From Armatimonadota bacterium (GTDB taxonomy: Bacteria > Armatimonadota > UBA10988): a stretch of DNA of 64,000 nucleotides. The translations under genes and the position numbers were made by a program. The number at the start of each line of letters is the position of its first letter. Positions within the stretch are counted from its first letter, which is position 1. Location of the stretch: assembly GCA_016235455.1 (NCBI GenBank), contig JACRKZ010000012.1, forward strand, positions 1 to 64,000. The letters are read 5' to 3'. A model generated the notes under the pieces. It did not search any database and had not been told where the DNA came from. It saw nothing but the letters and a program-made list of their open reading frames with translations. Shown here piece by piece: positions 9,602-19,566 of the stretch.

Positions 9602-11731
9602 TCATTGGGCAGCCGGCTGCCACCGCTGGGCGATCTCGATATCGGCGGCCACCTTCTCGGCCAGGGCGTTGAGATCCACGTAGCCGACGCGCGTCAGCAA
9701 CTGCGGGCGGTACTGCGCGGTGGCCACGGCGGCGTACTCGCGCCACGCGGCCGCCGCGCCCTGCAGGTCCTCGACCGCTTCCTGCTGGCGCGCCCTGATG
9801 CCCGTCGTGTCGTAGAGGCCCAACTGGATCGCGGCGCGGATCTTCTTGGCGTAGTACTCGCCCAACAGCGCCATGGCGCGCTGGTCGCCGAGCGTCAGCC
9901 GCAGCTCCTTGTCGTCCGGCCGGCCCAGCGCGCGCAGGGCCGACTGCGTCGCCGCCGCGTGTTCCTCCAGCGCCGCCGCGACCTGCGGCGGGGTCTGGCC
10001 GGTCATCGGCTGGCCGGCCAGTGTCCGCTGGACGAACTCTCGTATGCTCATGATCCCGGCGCCGGGCATGGGCTCGTTGTCGACGAAGTGGCGCACGGTG
10101 TGGAAGCCACGGTACGCCGTGGGATGGCTGATGCAGGCTTCCGGGAACCACTTGAGGTCGATGTCCTGCCAGTAGAAGCGGGTCACCTGCGGGATGATGC
10201 GGCCCGCCTCGGCCATGGCGCGCGCCAGTTGGGCGGCATTGATGCCGGGGAAGTGCTCGCCCAGAATGCGTGTGAAGCGGTCATTGGGCAGGTCGGGATC
10301 GTAGCTCAGCCGGCCCCACAACAGAAAGCTGAACCACTGTTTGCCAATGACCAGTTGGCGCGGTTCGTCGGGCTCGGTGCTGATGAACTCGCGGCCCCAG
10401 GTGTAGCCGTCGGGCCCCATGTAGTAGCCGGCCAGCTTGTCGGGTCCGGGCAGCGCGCGCACAAAGGCCCGGGCGTAGTCGGGATCGCCCCAGCGGTAGC
10501 TGTAGATATCGTCGTTGCGCACCGTCATCCACATGCGCAGGCCCGACGGCAGCTCAGCCAGCGCCTGCTTGGCGAAGGGCGGAGCGGGCTGGCTGTACAT
10601 GTGCGCCACAGCGTACTTGTAGCTCAGGTCGACGGTCGCGGGACAGCCCCGCCAGGCATCCTGAATGGACTGGAGCGCGGTCTGGTGGTAACGATGGATG
10701 AGCCGGAACTGGCGCTGAGGCTGGTCCTTCAGCGCGTCACGCAGGCCTTCGCCATAGGCCGCGGCGAGCCACTTCTCCTTGTCGAACTGGTCTGGCCGGT
10801 CGTTCATGCGTTCGCCCGCGGTGATGCCGATGCCGGCCAGCAACGGGTAGGTACGGATCATCTCGCGCACGCTGGCGCGGAAGTAGGCGATGGTCGTCGG
10901 GTTGTCCTGAGCATGGGTGATGCCGTACTTGCCGTCGGCGCCGAAGGTGAAGATGTTCCAGGTGAACCAGTAGACCTCGATGCCGCGGTCGCGAGCGTAG
11001 GCCATGATACTGCGCCAGAAGTCGATCTTCTGGTCGATGGTCAGGCGCTTCACGGTCTCCAGGTTGGCCAGGTGCGCCGGCCGCACCATGTCGTGTCCCA
11101 TCAGGCTGTAGGTACTGTCGAACCGGACCCGCGTGCGCATGACATCGTCGAGGGCCACGTCGGCGAACTCGGGCACCTTGACCAGCGACGGGAACGGGTG
11201 GAGGTTCCACAGCGTGAGCACGTTGTAGCGATGGCGTGCCATCTCGTCGAGGAAGTCGTGCCAGAAGACGGCGCTCCACATCTCGGGGATGTTGGCCTGC
11301 GCCGAGTCGCCAGCGTCGGAGTAGCTCGGGGTGCGCGCATCGAGCGGGACGTTGAACTTGATGCCGCGCCGGGCGATGTGCGGTCGACCTGCCGTCGTGA
11401 CAATACCCGCCGGCCCGCCCGCGAGGCGAATGGCCTCGGCGACCTCCAGCCCGCCATAGATGGTGCCGGCTGCGTCACCACCGGCAATGGTCACCACGCG
11501 GTCGCGCACCGTGATGCGGTAGGCTTGCTCGCCCAGCGCGGCCTCGGTCGGCGCGAAGACGACGCGCCAGGTGGCGCCGGCCTCGGCGACAGCGTGTCCG
11601 GTCCTGGTCAGCGCCGCGCGCACCTCGTTCGCGGCGAAGGCGGTGCCGGGCTGGCCCGGCGGGTAGTCTAGAACGACCTGCTCGGCCGCGACCGTGGCAT
11701 TGATCAGCACCATCCCCAGCAGCGTAACCAT
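9602..11731 (-). CDS. Secreted putative glycoside hydrolase of unknown family (GH20/GH67-like N-terminal domain)
   Basis: Signal peptide; EQAYRITV...IAGGDAAGTIYG zincin-like N-domain; RGIKFNVPLD, RYNVLTLWNLHPF, GIGITAGE; paralogue of the adjacent gene. Confidence 0.65.
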   Translation of the reverse strand: MVTLLGMVLINATVAAEQVVLDYPPGQPGTAFAANEVRAALTRTGHAVAEAGATWRVVFAPTEAALGEQAYRITVRDRVVTIAGGDAAGTIYGGLEVAEAIRLAGGPAGIVTTAGRPHIARRGIKFNVPLDARTPSYSDAGDSAQANIPEMWSAVFWHDFLDEMARHRYNVLTLWNLHPFPSLVKVPEFADVALDDVMRTRVRFDSTYSLMGHDMVRPAHLANLETVKRLTIDQKIDFWRSIMAYARDRGIEVYWFTWNIFTFGADGKYGITHAQDNPTTIAYFRASVREMIRTYPLLAGIGITAGERMNDRPDQFDKEKWLAAAYGEGLRDALKDQPQRQFRLIHRYHQTALQSIQDAWRGCPATVDLSYKYAVAHMYSQPAPPFAKQALAELPSGLRMWMTVRNDDIYSYRWGDPDYARAFVRALPGPDKLAGYYMGPDGYTWGREFISTEPDEPRQLVIGKQWFSFLLWGRLSYDPDLPNDRFTRILGEHFPGINAAQLARAMAEAGRIIPQVTRFYWQDIDLKWFPEACISHPTAYRGFHTVRHFVDNEPMPGAGIMSIREFVQRTLAGQPMTGQTPPQVAAALEEHAAATQSALRALGRPDDKELRLTLGDQRAMALLGEYYAKKIRAAIQLGLYDTTGIRARQQEAVEDLQGAAAAWREYAAVATAQYRPQLLTRVGYVDLNALAEKVAADIEIAQRWQPAAQ

Positions 11732-11743
11732 CGAATCACCCTC

Positions 11744-13795
11744 CTAGCCCGCGCCGGCAATCGCCACGTCGCGCAGCACATCGCCTACAAATCTGGACCA
11801 GTGAAAGCAGCCATCGCCGTGACCCGCCAGATGCAGCAGCGGCGCCACTCGGTACCACGGCTCGGTCTCGCGTACCACGGCGCGCCACTGCTCCACGGCA
11901 CGGGTCAGGTGCGCCACGGCGTCGGCCCGGTGCGCCGGGTCGTGCTCGACGCGGAACCGTTGCAGGGCCACCCCGCCGCGGACCTTCTCCGCCAAGTACA
12001 GGCTGAGATGGGCCCAGGCTCGGCAGTCCGCCAGTTCCGAGCCTAACGTCGGCTCGGCGGACGTGACCCCGTCCAGGAGCGCCAGCGCCTCAAGCCCGTC
12101 GCGTTCGAGCGCGTCGGCCAGCCTCGGCGGCGTGACCTGGTCGTCGCGCCAGGTGTCGCCGGCAGCCACGAAGTCGCGGATCGAGACGTAGTCGGGGTCG
12201 AGCGTAGCGTGGTCGATCAGCTCGTTGACCGAGAGGAATGGCGAGCTTTGGTCGAACGAGCCGCCGGACGACGCCGGCGCCAGGAAGCCCTCGGCGTACA
12301 GCGTGAAGTCCCAGGTGGCGCGGTACAGCGAAGCCAGGCGTAGGGGCATGCGGCTGCCCAGCACCAAGGCGCGGAACAGCCGTGCTCCAACCTCGCCATA
12401 GCGCCGGATGAACTCGGCTGCGAAGGCCGCATCGGGTGTGTCGGGCGCGTAGAGCAGGCGGCCCCAGACGCGGTAGAAGAACCACTGGCGCTGGAAGGCG
12501 TACTGCCAGTCACCGCGATGGTCTGGCTGTGTGAGGTAGTCGACGGCGGGGATGTAGCACTCGGAGCCGACGAAGTAGCCGCCCACGTGGGCCCCGCCGT
12601 TGAGCGCAATATGACGGCGGACGAAGTCAGGCTCGCCCCAGCGCAGGCAGAGGATGTCTTCGTTTCGCGCCATCCAGGTGATGCGATAGCCATGGGGCGG
12701 CGGGTTCCAGTAGGCGTCGGTCAGCGGCCCGCCGTGCACCTGGACCAGGTGCGGCGACGAATGGGCGTGCGACCAATTGAACTTCATCTCGACCCAGATC
12801 GGCGCGGGCAGGTCCATCGCCTCCATGGCCGCGCGGGTCATGCGTTCGGTCTGGCCGGCAGTGGAACCGCCCGAGCCGGTGCCGGCGGACAGGGGCGCCC
12901 GGTGGATCAGCTTGGCTGGCCGCTTGGCCGCTTTCATGCCGGCAATGACCGTATCGACCAGCCAGTCCTGCCGCTGCCGGGGCGTCATGCCGCCCATGCG
13001 CTCGCCGTGGGTGATGCCCAGGCCGGTCAGGCCGGGGTACTCGTCGATCACCTGCGTGACGCACTCACGGGTGTACTGCTTGACAAGATCCGAGGTGTCG
13101 CCCTCTCCGAAGTAGCTCCAGTCCGCGCTGTAAGCGGCCAGACCGCGGGCCTTGGCCAGCTCGGGCGAGACGAAGATGTTCCAGTTGACCAGGTAGGTTT
13201 CGACGCCGCGCTCGGACGCCAGGGCGAACAGGGACGTCCAGAATCGACGCCAGTCAGCCAACTCAGCGTCGCTCATCCCGCAGGCCTCGGGGAAGTTGGT
13301 GGGCCGGACCATCAGCGTGAACGGATGCAGCCCCCACAGCGACAGCACGTTGAAGCGATTGTCCGCCATCATGTCCAGGAAGGCTGTCCAGAAGCTCAGG
13401 TCCCGGACTGTCTCCTGGTGAAGCTGCAGCGACTCGCCCTTGCGGTACGACATCCACGGCAGGTTGAACTTGATCGCCCGGAACGGGAAGCGGGCCTGCT
13501 CGTCCCGCTCGGCAAGCTTGTCGAGTGCGACACCGGCGCGCACGTCGTCGGCCAGCGCCAGCGCGCCGTACATCACGCCCGACGGGCCGCCGCCGCGTAC
13601 CACGACGCGAGCGGGTCCATCGCGAACGATGCGGTAGTCCTCAGGACCACCGGTCGCAGGCGCCACCTCGAGCGCAATGGTGGCCGGTGCCGGTTCGCCA
13701 ACCACATGGCCGGCGCTTGCCAGGGCCACTTTGAGCCGCGCCGCGCCGTAGGCCAACGCTGAGTTCTGATCGCCCAGCACTATCCGCACGTCCAT
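11744..13795 (-). CDS. Putative glycoside hydrolase of unknown family (paralogue of the 9602-11731 gene)
   Basis: PEDYRIV...GGGPSGVMYG; RAIKFNLPW, RFNVLSLWGLHPF, GLGITHGE, RNEDILCLRWGEPDF. Confidence 0.65.
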   Translation of the reverse strand: MDVRIVLGDQNSALAYGAARLKVALASAGHVVGEPAPATIALEVAPATGGPEDYRIVRDGPARVVVRGGGPSGVMYGALALADDVRAGVALDKLAERDEQARFPFRAIKFNLPWMSYRKGESLQLHQETVRDLSFWTAFLDMMADNRFNVLSLWGLHPFTLMVRPTNFPEACGMSDAELADWRRFWTSLFALASERGVETYLVNWNIFVSPELAKARGLAAYSADWSYFGEGDTSDLVKQYTRECVTQVIDEYPGLTGLGITHGERMGGMTPRQRQDWLVDTVIAGMKAAKRPAKLIHRAPLSAGTGSGGSTAGQTERMTRAAMEAMDLPAPIWVEMKFNWSHAHSSPHLVQVHGGPLTDAYWNPPPHGYRITWMARNEDILCLRWGEPDFVRRHIALNGGAHVGGYFVGSECYIPAVDYLTQPDHRGDWQYAFQRQWFFYRVWGRLLYAPDTPDAAFAAEFIRRYGEVGARLFRALVLGSRMPLRLASLYRATWDFTLYAEGFLAPASSGGSFDQSSPFLSVNELIDHATLDPDYVSIRDFVAAGDTWRDDQVTPPRLADALERDGLEALALLDGVTSAEPTLGSELADCRAWAHLSLYLAEKVRGGVALQRFRVEHDPAHRADAVAHLTRAVEQWRAVVRETEPWYRVAPLLHLAGHGDGCFHWSRFVGDVLRDVAIAGAG

Positions 13796-13958
13796 ACCAA
13801 TCGCCTTGAGGCCAGCAATTCGACGTGAGCCGCGGTACCCCTATGGCGGAGCCCAAGGCCGTCGCGATGGGCGCCGAGATCCCGCGCGCCGGCCGGGCAG
13901 AACAGCGAGGAACCCGGTCCGGTACGGCGTACGTTGGGAGCGGTACCGGAGGAACTAC

Positions 13959-14198
13959 ATGAGTGATATGGCCAGCCATCTCGAGATCGCCATCGCGTCG
14001 ATCCAGTGCTTCACCAACGACGGCACGCTCGATGAAGGCGAACTGGGCTTCCTGCTGGGCCTCGCCCTGCGCAACGACGAGGTCGATGAGGACGAGAAGC
14101 GCGTGCTGGGCAGCATCTTTGGCAAGGTAGCCGAGGCCGACGTGACGCCGGTGGTCTGGCAGCGCATCGAAGAAGCACGCCGCCGCCACGGCATCTGA
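13959..14198 (+). CDS. Small acidic hypothetical protein (TerB/EF-hand-like helical)
   Basis: GGAGG RBS; NDGTLDEGE and NDEVDEDEK repeats resemble TerB DG-x-x-D-x-x-E motifs. Confidence 0.65.
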   Translation: MSDMASHLEIAIASIQCFTNDGTLDEGELGFLLGLALRNDEVDEDEKRVLGSIFGKVAEADVTPVVWQRIEEARRRHGI

Positions 14199-14225
14199 TC
14201 TGTCACGGCCGCCAGTCGCGCCGAG

Positions 14226-14254
14226 TTGACCCGTGCGGCCGCATCACGTAGCCT
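14226..14254 (+). promoter_or_regulatory. Sigma70-type promoter
   Basis: TTGACC-17 nt-TAGCCT, followed by an AAGGAG RBS and ATG at 14283. Confidence 0.55.
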
Positions 14255-14282
14255 TGAGTCGGTGCTATAAGGAGAGCTGCCC

Positions 14283-14837
14283 ATGCACGACGCTACGCCG
14301 GGCGGGCCCGGCAACCCGCGACCGTTCGCCCTGCTGATGGCGATGGGCGTCGCCATGGCCGTAGCCGTGGTCGTCGCCAGGTTCGCGGCGGGCGGCATGA
14401 TCGACATCTCGATTGGCGGTCTGTTCAAGCTGCTGATCGCCGTCACCCTGATCAAGGCCATCATCACCACGATCTTCGGTGGCAAGCAGGAGGTGGAGGC
14501 TGCTCCACCCCAGGCGGAAGCCGCGGCGCCGAGCCGCGAGGCGCTCGAGCGGCTGGTGCTCCAGGTCGCGCTGCAAAACGACGGCTACGTGACGCCCGAG
14601 GCGCTGGTGCTGCACGGCGACGGGATGACCCTGCGATCGGCACGTGAGTTGCTGGACGATCTCGCTGTGGCCGGCAGTTGCGAGGTGGATTCCGACGACG
14701 AGGGCCACATGCACTATCGCTTCCGCACCAGCGTCAGTCCGGCGCGCGGCAGCGCCAGCCCGGAGCAGTGGCTGGACCAGGAGTCGCGGCGGATGGTCGG
14801 CGACCAGGCCTCGGGCGACACGCGGCTCGACGCCTAG
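14283..14837 (+). CDS. Hypothetical membrane protein (2 TM plus possible winged-helix C-domain)
   Basis: Two hydrophobic helices, then LQVALQNDGYVTPEALVL...ARELLDDL...DSDDEGHMHYRF; strong RBS. Confidence 0.7.
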   Translation: MHDATPGGPGNPRPFALLMAMGVAMAVAVVVARFAAGGMIDISIGGLFKLLIAVTLIKAIITTIFGGKQEVEAAPPQAEAAAPSREALERLVLQVALQNDGYVTPEALVLHGDGMTLRSARELLDDLAVAGSCEVDSDDEGHMHYRFRTSVSPARGSASPEQWLDQESRRMVGDQASGDTRLDA

Positions 14838-16861
14838 CGGGCCAGCGCCGCCACCTCGGCCGCGCTCAGCGCACCGTCGTAGATGCGGAAGTCGTCCACC
14901 AGGCCGCGCAGATACGGGTCGTTGGCATACCCCGAGCGACCGATCCAGTTCTGGTCGGTATCACCCAGCCGCCACGGCGGGAAGTCGATGGCCGGGTTGC
15001 CGCCCACCGCCGCGCCGTCTACGTACAGCGTGCCCAGGCGACCCGACAGCGTCACCGCCACGTGCACCCAGCGCCCGGTCGGCAGTGGCGCGGCGCCGTC
15101 GATGACCTGGGCGTTGTAGTCATAGACCGTGCTCACCGAGAACCGCACTGGGCCCTTGCCGCTCCGCGTGGCCAGGAGCATGGAGCGGCCACGCTGGTCA
15201 CCGAAGTCGAACACGCGCGCCCAGGTCTGCTCGGCGTCGAGCTTGACCCAAGCAGCGATGGTGAAATCCGACAGCGTACGAACCGCGCCGCGAGGCAACG
15301 CCACGAACCCGGTCTTGCCGTCCAGCGCCGCCGCCAGGCCCTGCCGCCCGGGGACGCGTGTCGCACCGGGCTGGAACTCGGCCGGCTCCTTGGCGCCGTT
15401 GTCGAAGGTCAGATGCCAGCGCAGCACGGGGGTCGTGGCCACAGACACCTCATCGGAGCTGGCCGCCTCGCGACCGTCGCGCAGCCCGGCCACCACATAG
15501 CGCGCCTGGCCCAGTGTTGGCTGAGTGTCGGTCACCGTCAGCAGCCCGCTGACGTTGTCCGCAAGGGTCTGCCAGCCGCCGCCAGCCAGGGCGCGCTTGA
15601 CGCGGTAGCCGCTCATGCCGACCGCACCCCACCACGACAGCACCACGCCGCCGCCGGCACGCCGAGCCACGAGCCCGCTGGGCCGGGGGTTCGCGACTTC
15701 GGCGTCGCGCGTGAAGGTCAGCGTACCCAGGCCCGGCTGGTCGAACGTGCTGGCATGGCCGCCGCCGGCGCCCTCCGGCCGCAGCTTCGCCGCATAGGCT
15801 TCGCTGTAGGGCGCGGCCAGGCCGCGCCGCTTGACATAGTGGTTGATGACCAGCTCGTAGCCGGCTCGCAGCGCGCCGCGCCCGGCTGCCGAGACTACCG
15901 GCTGCTCCTGGCGGTCGCCCTTCTGACCAAGGCCCCAGGCATAGGGCTGGTACGGCACGTCCTCGCCCAGGTTGTACCTGGCCACATACTCCGCGCCGGC
16001 CAGGAAGGCATTGTTGTCGTAGCCGTAGAGATCCTCGCCCTGGTTCCAGGCGGTCTCTGCGATCGGCCCCATGAGCGCGATGCCCAGCGTGTTGTGGCCC
16101 TGGTCGCGACCCGATTCCTGCCATTGGCCGAGGTTGCCCGGATGGACGTAGTAGACCGCCTTGTCCAGCGCGCCATTGCCACGGCCGCTCTTGGCGTAGG
16201 TCATGGCCTCGTCGTACAGGTCGCGCCGGTCACACAGCACGCCGATGGCCTGCATCGCGGCGATGCTGCACAAGTCCCAGTTGGCCCAGTAGTTGGTGAT
16301 GGCCGCATCGTTGTGCCGTGTCAGGAAGTCGTGGTTCATCGGGTAGAAGACGGTCAGCATCATCTGCCGGAACCGCTCCTGATCGGCTGCCGCCCAGCCG
16401 GGCCAGGTCCGCAGGATCTCCGCGGCGTTGGCGGCCTGATAGCCGTAGATGCCAGCCGCCAGGAAGCGATCGGAGTTGCCGACCACCTCGCGCAGCGTGC
16501 TCGACCAGCCGTTGAGGATGGCCGCGGCGTGCTGAGCATAGGCCGTGTCGCCGCTGATCGCCCAGCGCAGCGCCGACTGATAGGCGGCCTGCATATCGGA
16601 CGCGAAGACCACGAAGTTCTGGCCCGGCACATTGCCGCGCACCACCTGCGCGCTGGGCCGCGGCGTGTAGCCGAGCTGCGCCTGCGGGCTGGCCAGCAGC
16701 TTGTTCCAGCCATCCGTCCACGGCTGGGCGCTGGCCGCCACTTTGGCCTTCATGCGCGCCAGGTCGGCCGCGGTATGCAGCAGGCCCGGATGCACGAAGT
16801 CCTTGGCCAAGCCCGCGAGGGGCAGGAGCAGAACCAGCGCCAGCCGTGCTATCGCGCGCAT
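14834..16861 (-). CDS. Secreted alginate-lyase-family protein with Fn3-like and LamG/ConA C-terminal domains
   Basis: FVHPGLLHTAADLARMK, YWANWD, QESGRDQGH; C-terminal DFTIAAWVK...WVHVAVT...GLVDDFRIYDGALSAAEV. Confidence 0.85.
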   Translation of the reverse strand: MRAIARLALVLLLPLAGLAKDFVHPGLLHTAADLARMKAKVAASAQPWTDGWNKLLASPQAQLGYTPRPSAQVVRGNVPGQNFVVFASDMQAAYQSALRWAISGDTAYAQHAAAILNGWSSTLREVVGNSDRFLAAGIYGYQAANAAEILRTWPGWAAADQERFRQMMLTVFYPMNHDFLTRHNDAAITNYWANWDLCSIAAMQAIGVLCDRRDLYDEAMTYAKSGRGNGALDKAVYYVHPGNLGQWQESGRDQGHNTLGIALMGPIAETAWNQGEDLYGYDNNAFLAGAEYVARYNLGEDVPYQPYAWGLGQKGDRQEQPVVSAAGRGALRAGYELVINHYVKRRGLAAPYSEAYAAKLRPEGAGGGHASTFDQPGLGTLTFTRDAEVANPRPSGLVARRAGGGVVLSWWGAVGMSGYRVKRALAGGGWQTLADNVSGLLTVTDTQPTLGQARYVVAGLRDGREAASSDEVSVATTPVLRWHLTFDNGAKEPAEFQPGATRVPGRQGLAAALDGKTGFVALPRGAVRTLSDFTIAAWVKLDAEQTWARVFDFGDQRGRSMLLATRSGKGPVRFSVSTVYDYNAQVIDGAAPLPTGRWVHVAVTLSGRLGTLYVDGAAVGGNPAIDFPPWRLGDTDQNWIGRSGYANDPYLRGLVDDFRIYDGALSAAEVAALAR

Positions 16862-16862
16862 C

Positions 16863-19361
16863 TCAGCGCACCCCGCTCGGCGCACGCTCGGGCCGCGCCA
16901 CCCTGGTCGGCACGCGCAGCACCGTGAACGAGCGCGGCGCCAAGGTCAGCGTCGTCGTCTCACCGGTGATGGTCACCGCGATGCGCTTGGGCGCGACGCG
17001 CTTGGGATGGGCCAGGTCGTTCTCGTCGGTGACCTTGGCGCTGGTCAGCACTTCGGCCGTCGCGTCGGCGCCGATGGTCTTCAGGCCAGCCAGCTTCAGG
17101 GCGGTGGTCACCGGCTCCTCGCTGGAGTTGACCGCCTTGATGATCAGGTCGCCCGTGGCGTCGTCCAGGCCGGCATTGGCCCACACGCTCTCGCCGGCCG
17201 CCGCGCCGTCCACATCGTGGATCAGCTTGCCGTCGAGGAAGCAGCGGATGCGCGGGCCACGCAGCTCGATGCGGATGTCGTACCAGCGGCCGGTCTCGAT
17301 GCGGCCGGGCACTCGCGGGCCGCAGGGCGTGCGGTTGAGCTCGATGCCGTGCTCCTGATTGCCCCAGCCACCCAGGTTCCACCAGTACTGCTGCTCGCCC
17401 TTCCGGCCAAAGCAGATCAGGAAGCCTTCGGCGCCCGACAGCTTGCGTGCCTGCAGGCTCAGCGTGTAGTCGTGCCAGGCCTCGTCGCCGGCAAACGAGC
17501 CGCGGCCCTCGGCCAGCTCGGTCTGCTGATACTCGCCGTCGCGCACCGCCCACTGGCCCGCGTTGACCTTCCACTCGCCGGCGCCGCGCGCGAAGTCGGA
17601 GCGGTAGAGCGTCTTGCCGTCCGCCTCCACCTTGACACCGCGGAACGCCGCCGCCGTGGACCAGGTAGCCAGGCCGATGGCGCCGGTGATGGGCGGCTGG
17701 TTGCTGCGCACCTCGGCGACGCACTCCGTGCTGACCATCTGGTCGGGCCGGTTGTGCGACAGCATTCGCTGCACGTAGTAGCTCGGCGTGCCGTAGACGG
17801 TCAGGTTGTCGAACTGGATCAGGTTGGGATTCCAGCTCTTGCCACCCAGATGCTCCAGCAATGGCGCGTAGGAGGCCAGTTTGACCACGTCGGCGTTGCG
17901 CTCGAAGCCCAGCGCGAAGACCGCTTCGCCCAGCGCGCCCTTGAGGTTGCCGGTGCCGCAGTCGCTGGTCACGGCGTACTCGCCGATGTAGACCGGCGGC
18001 GCCTTGCGATCGTAGTTGTCGTAGTGGTGGAAGTTGCTCTTGAACCAGGCCGGGCTGTTGTAGTAGTGGTGGTCGACCATGTCGCACGGCTGGCCGGGGA
18101 TCTGGTAGTCGGCGATGGTGTTGAGCTTGGGATACTTGGCCTTCACCGCCCGGTAGGCCAGGCCGTAGCGATCCTCGTACTCGCGGCCGGCGTTCTCGTT
18201 GCCGATCTCCAGGAAGCCGAGCTGGTAGGGCTTGGCCCGGCCATCACGCGCGCGCAGGCGGCCCATAGGCGTGCTGGTATCGCCTTCGGCATACTCCACC
18301 GCGCCCAGCATGGTGTCGATCGTGGCCTGCATCTGGTCCATGGGCACCAGCTCGGCCTGCCGATAGATGCAGGTCTGGCCGACGAACGAGACGTACATCG
18401 GCTTGGCGCCCAGGTCCTCGCAGAAGTCCAGGTACTCGCGGTAGCCGACGCCGTGCGTGCGGCGCTGGGCCCACACACCCCAGGTCTCGGGCCGCTGCGC
18501 CAACGGACCGATGGTGTCACGCCAGTCGTACCAGTTGCCCAGACTGCCGCCCTCGACGATGCAGCCGCCCGGGAAACGCACGAACCCCGGGCGCAGGTCG
18601 GCCAGCATGCCGGCAATGTCGGGCCGCATGCCATTGGCTCGACCCCGGAAGGTCTTCTGGGGGAACAGCGAGACCAGGTCCACGCACAGCACGCCCGTGG
18701 AGCCGAGCGACAGCACCAGCCGCGCCTTCTCCGCCGTGCCCAGGGCGACCAACTCGCCGCGCCGCTGACTCCACTCGTCGGTGACGCCGTTCAGGTCGGC
18801 CACGGTGGAGACAGGCTTGCCGTCGACCTCCAGCCAGGCGCGCAGCGCGCCGCCATAGCTCTCGCCGCGGCAGTAGAGCGACAGGTTGTAGCGCTCGCCC
18901 TCGCGCACGCCCATGCCCCAGAAGCCCTCGTTGATCAGCGCGCAGCGCCCGCCGGTGCGGGTCACATCGATGCGGCAATGGTAGCTCTGCGCCGGCGACA
19001 GCGGCTTGTCGGTGGACACGGCCATGGTCGCCTGCGCCCCACCCGAGGTATCCAGCTGCCACCACGGCATCTTGTTGCCGCCCACCTCGTAGCCGGGGTC
19101 CCAGCCCTTCTCATCGCGGTAGCGGCCATTGACCAGCTTGAAGCCCTCGGGCGGCTTGGCATACTCGAAGCCGCGGTTGCGCACCATCTCGGCGTACAGA
19201 CCGCCGTCGATGCCGCAGTTGATCTCCTCGATGAAGATGCCGTACAGCGACGGGCTGACGCGCGGGCCGAGCCGGAGTGCATCGACCGAGATCGTGGCCT
19301 GGCCCTCGCCCAGGGCCGCGCAGGCGGCCAGAAGTCCGATCAGCAGAGCTATCCGTTTCAT
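16863..19361 (-). CDS. Alpha-L-arabinofuranosidase (GH51), secreted, with inserted ConA/DUF1080-like domain
   Basis: LYGIFIEEINCGIDGGLYAEMVRNRGFE, RFPGGC, EIGNEN, YIGEYA, ERNADVVKLASYAPL. Confidence 0.92.
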   Translation of the reverse strand: MKRIALLIGLLAACAALGEGQATISVDALRLGPRVSPSLYGIFIEEINCGIDGGLYAEMVRNRGFEYAKPPEGFKLVNGRYRDEKGWDPGYEVGGNKMPWWQLDTSGGAQATMAVSTDKPLSPAQSYHCRIDVTRTGGRCALINEGFWGMGVREGERYNLSLYCRGESYGGALRAWLEVDGKPVSTVADLNGVTDEWSQRRGELVALGTAEKARLVLSLGSTGVLCVDLVSLFPQKTFRGRANGMRPDIAGMLADLRPGFVRFPGGCIVEGGSLGNWYDWRDTIGPLAQRPETWGVWAQRRTHGVGYREYLDFCEDLGAKPMYVSFVGQTCIYRQAELVPMDQMQATIDTMLGAVEYAEGDTSTPMGRLRARDGRAKPYQLGFLEIGNENAGREYEDRYGLAYRAVKAKYPKLNTIADYQIPGQPCDMVDHHYYNSPAWFKSNFHHYDNYDRKAPPVYIGEYAVTSDCGTGNLKGALGEAVFALGFERNADVVKLASYAPLLEHLGGKSWNPNLIQFDNLTVYGTPSYYVQRMLSHNRPDQMVSTECVAEVRSNQPPITGAIGLATWSTAAAFRGVKVEADGKTLYRSDFARGAGEWKVNAGQWAVRDGEYQQTELAEGRGSFAGDEAWHDYTLSLQARKLSGAEGFLICFGRKGEQQYWWNLGGWGNQEHGIELNRTPCGPRVPGRIETGRWYDIRIELRGPRIRCFLDGKLIHDVDGAAAGESVWANAGLDDATGDLIIKAVNSSEEPVTTALKLAGLKTIGADATAEVLTSAKVTDENDLAHPKRVAPKRIAVTITGETTTLTLAPRSFTVLRVPTRVARPERAPSGVR

Positions 19362-19464
19362 GATGTGCGCTCCTCGTCCCTCACGCCTGGCCGGCTCGCA
19401 GGCGCTCGGCCCTACTATCGTCCGCGACGGTTCGCCGAGGGAATGCCCTGCCCTTCGGAGTTCA

Positions 19465-19525
19465 TGACATATCCACGCGCCCGCGGCGACCCGCACCGAT
19501 CCTCTCGCTCCTTTTGACCTATCCA
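19465..19525. promoter_or_regulatory. Direct repeat TGAC(A/C)TATCCA, candidate AraC-family operator
   Basis: TGACATATCCA at 19465-19475 and TGACCTATCCA at 19515-19525, between divergent GH51 and AraC genes. Confidence 0.45.
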
Positions 19526-19566
19526 ATGCCGATGTGGCACAATCCGGCGTCAGTAGGCGAAAGAAG

